Positions 28,501 through 40,200 of a stretch of DNA of 64,000 nt are shown piece by piece (positions within the stretch are counted from its first letter, which is position 1; each line of letters begins with the position of its first letter). The notes beneath the pieces are model-generated. The model made no database searches. It saw only the letters and a list, made by a program, of their open reading frames with translations, and had not been told where the DNA came from. This stretch comes from Macrostomum lignano (Eukaryota), in the NCBI GenBank assembly GCA_002269645.1, contig NIVC01002949.1, positions 62,001 to 126,000 of the forward strand. Direction: 5' to 3'. The position numbers were made by a program, and so were the translations under genes.

Positions 28501-30917
28501 GCCGGCCGGCCGTTGCTAGGCGACCGTAGCAACGCCGGCTGGTTATTCTTCCGGCCAAGCCGGCTGCACTGCCTCCAGAATTTGGGCATGGAGGCTGACT
28601 TGGTCTGTCGGCAGCTTCTCTGCGGATTGCTAGTGCTCAGGTATGCGGCTGTTATTGTGGGCCACTTGCCACACTGGCAAGTCCATACAGATCCCCATGT
28701 TAGACTGTGATCCCATCCAGATCCCCACGTTAGTCTTTGACCCCATCCAGATCCCCACGTTAGTCTTTGACCTCATCCAGATCCCCACGTTAGTCTTTGA
28801 CGCCATCCAGATCCCCACGTTAGTCTTTGACCCCATCCAGATCCCCATGTTAGACATTGATTCCACCCAGATCCCCATGTTAAACTGTGATCCCATTCAG
28901 ATCCCCATGTTAGACTGTGATCCCATCCAGATTCCCATGTTAGACTGTCATCCCATCCAGATTTCCATGTTAGACTGTCATCCCATCCAGATTCCCATGT
29001 TAGACTTTTATCTCATCCAGATCCCCTTGTTAGACTGTGATCCATCCCATCCCAATGTTAATCGATTAGGTCTATCTACGAGTAGATCCTCAATTTCCAT
29101 TCGATTTCCATCTCAATTCAACAACAAATCGCAGATGGGAAGCGCCCTGGGCCGAGCTGTTCCCGAGCGCCTGTTGCTGCGCCTTGGCTCCGAGAGCCGC
29201 CTCTACCCATCGCCGCTGGTCTCCGTGCGCGACCGGGCGCCTGTGTTTGGCGAACTCGGCCGCTCTCTGATTGGCCTGCTGGCCGATTTCCGCAACTTCA
29301 CTTACACCCTGCCTGCCCCGCCCGGCCTGCGCGTCCATCTGCGCGCCGGCTGCACCTCGGTGCTGTGCCCGACCGCCTCCTACGCCGCCGTGCAGAAGGC
29401 GCTGGCCCAGTGCCAGCCGGACGCCAAGGTGCTGGCATTCGGCGCCGAGTTCAGTCCCTCTGCCGACGCCCATCTGGTGTGCCATCAGAATATGGAAACT
29501 GGTGCGGGTGCCGCGGTTTTGTGAACTTTACTTTGGGTATTAGGGTATTCTTGGGAATTTACATTGCGAATCTCATCTATTTATGGAATGTCTCATGTAG
29601 ATTTAAAGATCCAAGACATATTTAGATATTATAGATCCCAAGTAGATCATTGAGATCCCATGTAGATCATAGAGATCCCGTGTAGATCATAGAGATCCCG
29701 TGTAGATTATTGAGATCCCGTGTAGATTATTGAGATCCCGTGTATATCATTGAGATACCATATAGATCATTGAGATCCCACGTAGATCATTGACATCTCG
29801 TTTAGATCATTGAGATACCATATAGATCATTGAGATCTTGTGTGGATCATTGAGATCCCATGTAGATCATTGAGATCCCATGTAGATCATTGAGATACCA
29901 TATAGATCATTGAGATTCTGTGTGGATCATTGAGATCCCATGTAGATCATTGAGATCCCATGTAGATCATTGAGATACCATATAGATCATTGAGATTCTG
30001 TGTGGATCATTGAGATCCCGTGTCGATCATTGAGATCCCGTGTCGATCATTGAGATCCCATGTATATCATCTACAGATATCGGCTATCCTGTTTATTTAC
30101 CCGTAGATGTTCAGAATCCGTAGTATGCCCCACACGCCCGTCCCGAATCCCAGGCGACTACTCAACCGAGGCTGTCAGCGCGGAGAGCCGCCAGCTGGCC
30201 ACCACGGCCGGCCTGTTTGTTGTGTTCAACGCTGGTGGCTTCGCAGCCAGCAGGGCCAGCATTGTCGAAGACGGCGTCATGGTGCAGCTGACGGACGCCC
30301 AGCTGACCCAGCTGATGGACTCGCTGAAGGCCATGCGCAACTGGTCGGCCGTCTGCCAGCAGCCGCAGGCGCAGGCCTCGCTCGGATTCTCGGCTGTACC
30401 CGACGGCAGCGAATTGATCGAATTCCGCTGGCTAGACGACGACGAGACGGACTTCGACGGCGATGACGCCGATGTCAGTCCGATTGATGGCGCCCCGCTG
30501 ACTGGCGCCGGGCGCCAGGCGATGCCCATAGCGGCCGGCCAGCAGCAGCGGCAGCGGCAGTCCTGCAGGCGGATCCGGTGGACCCTGGCCAGCCTGCTGC
30601 GCGACGCCGACCAGACCGATGGCACCCCGGCCGACAGTCTGCGCATTGCGGGACACCTGGCCGGTGCCGTCTGTCAAGCTCTAGATGGGTGCGCCCCGGA
30701 GCTCCTGGCCTACGGTCAGCGGATTCTGGCCGTCCGAGCTCGCCTTGGCCCGGACAGCCTGCACTACGAGGCGGCAGCCAGCGGCGGTGCCACCCTGCTG
30801 GCCGAAGGAGCCGCCGAACGGCTCGACCAGGCGCTTGTGCCGGCGCTCAGCGAGCTGGGCCGCGGCCTGCGATCCGAGCTGGCGCTGGAGCTGCGCTTTG
30901 TCTGCCTGTACGCGTGA
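22509..30917 (+). CDS. ZFYVE9: SARA/endofin (ZFYVE9/ZFYVE16-like) FYVE protein, join(22509..22755,22903..25440,27200..27501,28225..28640,29135..29501,30154..30917), with a 1-nt frameshift near 29163
   Basis: N-terminal DLDAALDQLE motif. FYVE domain WIPDSEAPVCMQC...RRRHHCRACGRVFC. RSVVFSDGI resembles the SARA RVWFADG PP1 site. C-terminal SARA domain motifs RGLDSVGQTDL, WEAPWA, RLLLRLG..RLYPSPL, LLADFRNFTYTLP and SIVEDGVMVQL. Splice phases are consistent. Confidence 0.9.
22990..24375 (+). repeat. 27-bp (and 33-bp variant) coding minisatellite within the SARA exon
   Basis: Encodes (DSAPVSEPV)n and then (SAPVSAPAY)n, in frame with the FYVE domain. Confidence 0.9.
25540..26520. repeat. 35-36-bp minisatellite in SARA intron 2
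   Basis: Unit GGAAGAGGCTTGGCTGTTTCCTAGAAATGGTTATT. Confidence 0.93.
27545..27975. repeat. 30-bp minisatellite in SARA intron 3
   Basis: Unit GGGACTGTGATCCCTTCTAGATCCCCGTGT. Confidence 0.95.
28685..29050. repeat. 30-bp minisatellite in SARA intron 4
   Basis: Unit similar to CATCCAGATCCCCATGTTAGACTGTGATCC. Confidence 0.93.
29620..30080. repeat. 20-bp minisatellite in SARA intron 5
   Basis: Unit GTAGATCATTGAGATCCCAT. Confidence 0.93.
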
Positions 30918-31071
30918 TGGACTATCGTTGGATGTCTTTGTTAATGGCTGCTAGCCATCTCGAACCCGAAATTTCTTATCCCAGATTGTCATTCTGATCC
31001 TTGCTATCAACCTGATCATAGATTGTAATTATCATCTCATATTCCTACCCAGTCCTTCAGATTCTGACTTA

Positions 31072-31880
31072 GATCCCAGATGCCGATCCAGATCCCAGAT
31101 TCTGACCCAGATCCCAGATTCTGACCCAGATCCCAGATTCTGAATTTCTGGCCCAGATCCCAGATTCTGACCCAGATCCCAGATGCTGATCCAGATCCCA
31201 GATTCTGACCCAGATCCCAGATGCTGATCCAGATCCCAGATTCTGACCCAGATCCCAGATTCTGAATTTCTGACCCAGATCCCAGATTCTGACCCAGATC
31301 CCAGATGCCGATCCAGATCCCAGATTCTGACCCAGATCCCAGATTCTGACCCAGATCCCAGATTCTGACCCAGATCCCAGATTCTGAATTTCTGGCCCAG
31401 ATCCCAGATTCTGACCCAGATCCCAGATGCTGATCCAGATCCCAGATTCTGATCCAGATCCCAGATTCTGACCCAGATCCCAGATTCTGACCCAAATCCC
31501 AGATTCTGAATTTCTGACCCAGATCCCAGATTCTGACCCAGATCCCAGATTCTGAATTTCTGACCCAGATCCCAGATTCTGACCCAGATCCCAGATGCTG
31601 ATCCAGATCCCAGAATATGATCCAGATCCCAGATTATGATCCAGATCCCAGATTCTGATCCAGATCCCAGATTCTGATCCAGATCCCAGATTCTGACCCA
31701 GATCCCAGATTCTGACCCAGATCCCAGATTATGATTCAGATCCCAGATTCTGTTCCAGATCCCAAATTCTGACCCAGATCCCAGATTATGATTCAGATCC
31801 CAGATTGTGATCCAGATCCCAAATTCTGACCGAGATCTCAGATTCTGACCCAGATTCAAAATTCTGACCCAGATTACAGA
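31072..31880. repeat. 6/18-bp hierarchical minisatellite downstream of the SARA stop codon
   Basis: CCAGAT-based unit CCCAGATCCCAGATTCTGA(C). Confidence 0.93.
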
Positions 31881-33236
31881 TTCTGACCCAGTTCTCAGAT
31901 TCGAGAGATTTATCCTATGTCAAGTAACACTGACCTCGAAACTTAAAAGAGATTTTTTTCGTTTTTCTTTTGTTTCTTTCACTTTTCCTTTGCTATTGCC
32001 TGTTGATTTTGATGTCTTTTTAAAACCATAAAAATTATCATAAATCAGTTATATTTACCCTGTGTCTTGCAAAATTAGGATCACATGTACAAGATCATTG
32101 GTCTCACTGTATTCTAGCATTGACTAGATGAATGACCTAATTAACTCATTCAAATTAATTAACCATCGCATCCTTCCACTTTTTAGGTATACGCGTCATT
32201 TTTGTTTTATTTATTTATACGGGCTGGATAATTTATTTTTATAACGGTGACAATGGTTATAACGATGCTAAGATAACAATTTTGAAGTACAAGTACACTG
32301 CGTCATTCTATTCCGACACTGAAATAGATAATAGGTTGACTTGACACATCTCTAATGACAAATTATTTGACTTAGGGAATCATTAATTTATTTCCATGCT
32401 TTGTTTTAATTGCCAGCCAACCTTCTTCGACATCATGTACATGCACATGCGCAGTATGATCGGGAATTTACACTTGCTCAATTATGTTAGGTCTAGATAT
32501 TGTATTATTTATTTACTATCTATGTCTTGTGTTGTCCTTTACAGTGTAGAAATGATTATTTTGGTCGCGGTATTACATGTATGTAGACTTTGTCGATCAG
32601 TGGGTTTGTAAATTTTTGTAAATTTAATTCGGTTATCATTACGTACATTTAATAATCAAGCGTTTTGAAATATTTTTCCAAATACATATGATTGCCACAC
32701 TTTAGCTAACAGATTATTAAAGCGGAAATTTCTTAACTGCGCGTCACTTGCGTTTATTTTTACTACACTGGATCGATCTTTAGCATCCAACTAAAGTGGG
32801 TCGTTTTTGTTTAATTAATTTGACGTCATGGTTCTTATTTTTTTCGCTCTAGGAAAGTGTGATTCATAATCTTATTAAATCCATCAAATCGATCCGACCC
32901 CTCACCCCTGTTTACAACTAGTTTATTTATTTTTATCAGGATACTTTCAAATGATTAATTTATTAATGTTGACAGACATGAGTCATTAAGTTATTTTCGA
33001 ATCTTGATTTATTGACAATCGAGTGCACTTACTGACATTAATTAATGTTGGTGCCTTGCATTATAACTTGAATCTGTGACCCAGAAGTCGCAGATTTATT
33101 TTTAATGAGTATCAAATAAAATCCAAATATACTAAATATCTAAGGTTTGTACAAAGTATGTTTGAATGTCCATAACGCTCTAGTCAAACATTCTAAATGC
33201 AAATTTTAGTAACGGATATAAGAAGCGAATTATACG

Positions 33237-33929
33237 CAAGGACGACTTAAGTAGAAGGACGGGAAATCTCGCTTCTTAGAAAAGTTTTGAAGGCACTTTT
33301 TTCCCGAAAAAAATACACTACGGAGATAGTTTTCATTTTTTCAGCACAAAAATTGTTATTGCGTTTGATAGGAGGCAGATCCTGTGTTAATCTTTTGATA
33401 TGTTGTGCCTTTTTTATTGCTCTATCGATATTTATAAAGCTTTTCGTTCAGAAAATTAGGATTCTATGTTAATTTTTTATTCTACGTATATTTCCTGTAT
33501 CTACAAAATCACAAAAATGCATGACACAGCTCCAATATTTGGTTTTATGAACCTATTTTATCATCTCTGTTACAAATGTTTGCTACACAGTCGGGTAAGA
33601 ATGATAAAATAGACTCATGAAACCAAAGAGCCGAGCCGTGGCATTCTAATGTATTTCAAGCACAAGACACGCGAAAATATACGGAAAATAAAAAATTAAC
33701 ATAGAATCCTAATTTTCTGAACGAAAAGCTTTATAAATATCGATAGAGCAATAAAAAAGGCACAACATATCAAAAGATGAACACTCCTGTCTCCTATCAA
33801 ACGCAATAACAATTTTTGTGCTGAAAAAATGAAAACTTCCTATCTCCGTAGTGTTTTTTTTCGGGAAAAGTGCCTTCAAAACTTTTCTAAGAAACGAGGT
33901 TTCCCGTCCTTCTACTTAAGTCGTCCTTG
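33237..33929. mobile_element. Foldback non-autonomous DNA transposon, P-element-like
   Basis: ~270-bp near-perfect terminal inverted repeats starting CAAGGACGACTTAAGTAG. Exact 8-bp TSD ATTATACG (33229-33236, 33930-33937). CANRG ends with 8-bp TSDs are typical of the P superfamily. Confidence 0.85.
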
Positions 33930-34262
33930 ATTATACGATGCAAGATATTTAGATCGTGTAAGCCTTTAATAAATGCGATTCTACTAATTATGAATGTGTT
34001 TAAAATAGGCATTTTTATTTTAAAATTACACTAAAGCAGTAATATTACATTAACTGCTTAAGTAAATGCTATTTAGTTCAAACTATTGTTTTATTTTATT
34101 TTCCACGACTTTTGACGAGTATGAACTTCCTATCATTTCTTGGAAAAATCAAAAGATCGACCGACCACCAAAGAGGATCAACTTGTAATTGATACTTGGT
34201 CACAGCACTTGAGCCTACTCATTTTTTTATAATTAATTATTATTTATATTGTCATTCAGAGA

Positions 34263-37200
34263 ATGGAAGCCCTTTTTAGTTTGCCTTTCCAAGTTTTCAT
34301 ATGCCCAAATCTAAAATTACGCAAGCCATCATGGCTTAAAACGCCATCTCCAATGTTTGTCTTCGCGCTTATCTTGGTGTCATACTTTCTTGTAACTGGA
34401 GGTAAGTTTGTAACTTTTCAGTGCATATTTAATTGCTGAGACAATGGCATAAAGGGTTTTAAGATGTTTCAGTGCTCGATTTTTTTGTTGTGCGAATGTG
34501 TGCGTTTTCATTCGTTTTGTATTATTAATTTATTAAATTTAGTTTTAGCCTAGGCAATGATTAGGCAATGTCAGAATGCTAGCTAGTCCCATGCCGAAAA
34601 GCTCTGAAACGGAAACCATATAATTCTCATTTAATATCTTAGCAGTCAACCAAAAGGTAGATCTAAACTCATTGAATAACTAAAATACAGTGTTGGGCAC
34701 CGTTAATGAAAATCTTAACTTCCGTTAATAGCAAAAGCGTTAGCGTTAAAACAAAAAAATCTTAACTTTTTAACTCCTAATTTCGTTAAGTTAACTGAAA
34801 GTTAACTGATAATCATTAATAAGTGTTAATCCATTAAAGTTAACATAGAAAATATGGAAATCTTGCACATTTTTTCCAAAACAGACTTCGTATTGCATGT
34901 CTTTGCTATTCCATCTTTTTAGCGAAACACAGAAGTCATCTAAGCAATCCTATATACTAAAAATGAAATGTCTGTAACTAACTAGCTATGCGATAGATTT
35001 CAGAAAAAATGGCTCAACCGATTTTCTTCAAACTAGCACCATTCGATCAGAAATTTTCCTGGGACGGTACATGCATCTTGGCTAAGAAATTGCTCAATGT
35101 TAAAGGGATTAAATATTCGAAAAACATGCTTTTTTGCAAAGGTCAAGCCAAATTTTTGACTTGAAATGAATTGTAAGAATGCTAGAGAAAAAACTGACTG
35201 GCTGAATTACGATTGTGATAAAGATTGCATCACAACAAGTTGAAAACAGTGCCACAGAAACGCACACAAGACTTCATTGAAATTGCGTAACCATATTGCT
35301 AACTTGAATTGAGACTGATACTGGCTGACTGAGAAATTGATTATGTCATAACTTTTTACTCTAACTGACTTGCTATAAGAATTTATTATAAGGGCCACAA
35401 TTCAAGTTCTCCAATTGAAAAGAGATAGCTGGATGCAAACAGACTGGAATGCTAATGTAGCGACCTTGGTTCGAATCTTAGTAGTGAAAAATGTTTTTTT
35501 TATTAAAACACCTTAAAAACACAAAATTCTAAACATTAAAGAGCCACCATTTCAAACATTAAAGAGCCACAATGTCAAACATTAAAGAGCCACCATTTCA
35601 AACCTAAAAGAGCCACCATGTCGAACATTAAAGAGCCACCATGTCGAACATAAAAGAGCCACCATATCAAACATAAAAGAGTTACCATGTCAAACATTAA
35701 AGAGCCACCATGTCGAACATTAAAGAGCCACAATGTCAAACATTAAAGAGCCACCATTTCAAACCTAAAAGAGCCACCATGTCGAACAATAAAAAGCCAC
35801 CATGTCAAACATTAAAAAGCCACCATGTCAAACATTAAAGAGACACCATTTCAAACCTAAAAGAGTTACCATGTCAAACATTAAAGAGCCGCCATGTCAA
35901 ACATAAAACAGACACCATTAAGAACATTAAAGAGCCACCATGTCGAACATTAAAGAGCCACCATGTCAAACATAAAACAGCCACCATTTCGAAAATTAAA
36001 GAGCCACCATTTTAAACATTAAAGAGCCACCTTATCAAACATTAAAGAGCCACCATGTCGAATATAAAAGAGCCACCATGTAGAACATAAAAGAGTCACC
36101 ATGTCAAACATTAAAGAGCCACCATGTAAAACATTAAAGAGCCACCATGTCGAACATAAAAGAGGTACCATGTCAAACATTAAAGACCCACCAGGTCAAA
36201 CATGAAAGTGCCACCATGTCAAATATTAAAAAGCCACCATGTCAAACATTAAAGAGCCACCAGGTCAAACATGAAAGTGCCACCATATAAAACATTAAAG
36301 AGCCACCATGTCAAACATTAAAGAGCCACCAGGTCAAACATATACATGACTCCATGTCAAACATTAAAGAGCCACCATGTCGAACATAAAAGGGCCACCA
36401 TGTCAAATATTAAAGAGCCACCATGTCAAACATTAAAGAGCCACCAGGTCAAACATGAAAGTGCCACCATGTAAAACATTAAAGAGCCACCATGTAAAAC
36501 ATTAAAGAGCCACCATGTAAAACATTAAAGAGCCACCATGTAAAACATTAAAGAGCTACCATATCAGACATATACATGACTCCATGTCAAACATATACGT
36601 GACTCCATGTTAGACATTAAATAGCCACCATGTCGAACATTAAAGAGCCAACGTGTTAAAAATACAAGAGCCACCATGTCAAACATATACATGACTCCAT
36701 GTCAAACATTGAAGAGACACCATGTCGAACATAAAAGAGCCACCATGCAAAACATAAAAGAGCCACCAGGTCTAACATTAAAGAGCCACCATGGCAAACA
36801 TATACATGACTCTATGTCGAACAATCAAGAGCCACCATGTCAAACATATACATGACTCCATGTCAAACGTTAAAGAGACACCATGTCAAACATTAAAGAG
36901 CCACCATGTCAAACATTTAAGAGCCACCAGGTCAAACATGAAAGTGCCACCATGTCAAACATATACGTAACTCCATGTCAAACATTGAAGAGACCCCATG
37001 TCAAACATTAAAGAGCCACCACGTCGAACATAAAAGAGCCACCATGTAAAACATATATGTAACTCCATGTCAAACATTGAAGCAACACCATGTCGAACAT
37101 AAAAGAGCCACCATGTCGAACATTAAAGAGCCACCATGTCGAACATAAAAGAGCTACCATGTCAAACATTAAAGAGCCACCATGTCGAACATTAAAGAGC

Positions 37201-40200
37201 CACCATGTCAAAAATTAAAGAGCCACCATGTCTATCATTGAAGAGCCATCATGTCAAACATTAAAGAGCTACTTTGTCTAACATTAAAGAGCCACCATGT
37301 CAAACATTAAAGAGCCACCATGTCAAACATTAAAGAGCCACCATGTCAAACATAAAAGAGCCACCTTTTTGAACATTAAAGAGCCACCATTTCGAACATT
37401 AAAGAGCCACCATGTCAAACATAATAGAGCCACCATGTCAAACATTAAAAAGCCACTTTGTCAAACATAGAAGAGCCCCCATGTCAAACATAGAAGAGCC
37501 CCCATGTCAAACATAGAAGAGCCCCCATGTCAAACATAGAAGAGCCACTATGTCAGACATTGAAAAGCCACCGTATCAAACATAAAAGAGTTACCATGTA
37601 CGAGCGTAGAACATAAAAGAGCCACCCTGTTAAACATAAAAGATACACAATTTCAAACGTAAAAGTAAGCGAATTTTAAAGGAGCCGCTACAATGCTAAG
37701 GAAATTGTCGCACTAGCTACTTATTGTCTGGTGGATGCTTGCTATTTGGGGATGCTATCTATCTTGGGGATGCTTGCTATCTGGGGGATGCTTGCTATCT
37801 GGGGGATGCTTGCTATCTGGGGGATGCTTGCTATCTGGGGGATGCTTGCTATCTGAGGGATGCTTGCTATCTTGGGGATGCTTGCTATCTGGGGATGCTT
37901 GCAATCTGGGGGATGCTTGCTATCTTGGGGATGCTTGCTATCTTGGGGATGCTTGCTATCTGGGGGATGCTTGCTATCTGAGGGATGCTTGCTATCTTGG
38001 GGATGCTTGCTATCTGGGGGATGCTTGCAATCTGGGGGATGCTTGCTATCTTGGGGATGCTTGCTATCTGGGGGATGCTTGCTATCTTGGGGATGCTTGC
38101 TATCTGGGGGATGCTTGCTATCTGGGGGATGCTTGCTATCTGGGGGATGCTTGCAGTCTTGGGATGATTTCTTTTTGCAATGCACTTCATTTGAGCAGTT
38201 TGTCTGTTGTCTTTTTGAAGGATTTTTGGCTGTCTTTTTGTTACTTGTAGAAAACAGAGATTCTATCCAGATGTCCCCCATCGGGGGGCGAAGATTGCTA
38301 GTTTGAAAGCTAAAAAAGTAATAAATAATAATTTTAAAAACTTGCATGCATAATACTACTATAAGTAAAGCATATGGTAAAAAAAGTAACTACTTTTATT
38401 TGAAACTTAAGAGCTAATAATGAGAAATTCATAAGTAAATATGCATAAGGTTGTTTCAGTACCATTAGCAGGCGCAGCAGAAAGTTGCGAAAGATTGGGA
38501 CAGAAGTGAATCAAAGCGATTGATGCTCACACGCAAGAAAAAAAGTTTCACACTATTTTAATTCATTATTTTAAAGTTTATTTCTAAGAAGTTGTTAATT
38601 ACATGTACATCTGTATGATCATCGTCATAAATAAAGAGATTATATTTAGGCATATAGGTAAGCTCAAATACGTTCGTACTGTTTAAACTTCTTGTAAGAC
38701 TTCTATTTTTTTGTTCCTTCTTTGTGTCTTTGGTCATTGACATAAACATTACCGTTAACAATGAATTTATCATTAATTCACAAATTTTTAACACAAATTC
38801 ATTAATTCGTTAGTTCAAAAAAATCTTAACGATAGTCCATTAATGTTAATGAAAAATCTTAATACTTATTAACGCTTATTAACAGACTGGTGCCCAACAC
38901 AGCTAAAATAGATAATATCTTATAATTATAGGATGTAGACTGGCGAAATCCAAAATTGTTGGCAAGTTTTTAGAAAATTTGTTTTTTGGCAATTTGAAAT
39001 CAATAAAGCTATAGAATTAATTTATTTGAGCTTAAAAAGTTAGAAGTATCTATAAAAGCACAAATTATTAATGTATAGCCTAAGGGTTTAGGCCTATTTG
39101 TTTATCACTTATTACTATTAACAATGTGTATTTTATAGAGTTAATTTGCAATTAATACTGTATTTAACATTAAGTTTATTATTTAAGCATACAAATTCCC
39201 ATAAGGATTGGAAAATTACATTTTACTTAGGTCTTAGCTTTTACTGAAACAATTTGGAAAAAAAAATTTCCTGTATATATGCCGCAATGATACATATTTT
39301 TATAGTATAATTTTGTTGTTCTTTATTGCTTAATAAACATATGGTAAACATCTAATTTGGAAGCCAGGTAACACATTGGAACCATAAGGATCTGAAAATT
39401 GCATTTTACTTAGCTTCTACTAAAGCAATTTGGAAAATTCTTTTTTTCTTGTATATGCCCTGCAATGAAATATATTAAGTGTAATTTCATTGTTTCAGTG
39501 TAATTGCCTCATAAGCCTACAGAAAGGATTTGATTTGGATGCCGGGTTCATATTTTGTGGTACCATTTTTACCCAAAAATTTTAAGTCTAAATATAGGCA
39601 TATTATAGCCTATATACTAATACCATACAAGTTGATATTTAAATGAAAGAAAACAACTTAAATATTATTTTGCAACAAGGAATTAGCAGTATATTTACTT
39701 TTAGAGAAAGATGTTTGCTGGCAAACTTTGCACTTTAAATTAGTATGAATTTTTGCAACTTTATATGATTTTAGAAAAACTTAGAAATCCTTAGAAATAC
39801 TTAATCTTTTTGAATAAAATAAAAAGTAAAACACTGAATACTTTCTGTTTTGTAAGTAGTGAAAAAGTTAGCCTTCTCTAAGGTCTACAAGTCTGAAAAT
39901 TAATTGTTTATAAATTAAAAATGAAACAAAAAATTGCAAATTGGTTAACTCAGACTTTTAAAATACTTTTTTGTGTTTTTTTTACTCATGTATTCAGTAA
40001 TGTAAAGCATGAAAACAATAGTTTTTATCCAGAACTTTTTTTCAAAGTCTAATCTATCTTTCAAAAAGCTTTTTTTAGATACATTACCTTCCATCAAATG
40101 TCCACAGATTTGTTTTACCATTTTATCCCATGTTTTTGGATTTTGCCAGACTGTATAATTATTTTTTGTAAAAATATAGAATGAAATTTAAATAAACTAT

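Larger units (their letters stand above)
34688..38902. mobile_element. 4.2-kb non-autonomous hAT-like element inside OSTC intron 1
   Basis: TIRs CAGTGTTGGGCACC / GGTGCCCAACACAG (one mismatch). Exact 8-bp TSD CTAAAATA (34680-34687, 38903-38910). TTAAC-rich subterminal repeats at both ends. Confidence 0.8.

Noticed and set aside
35425-35510. tRNA-like segment with GGTTCGAATC
   Set aside because: Only a B-box-like motif; I could not fold a cloverleaf, and it lies inside nested mobile DNA.
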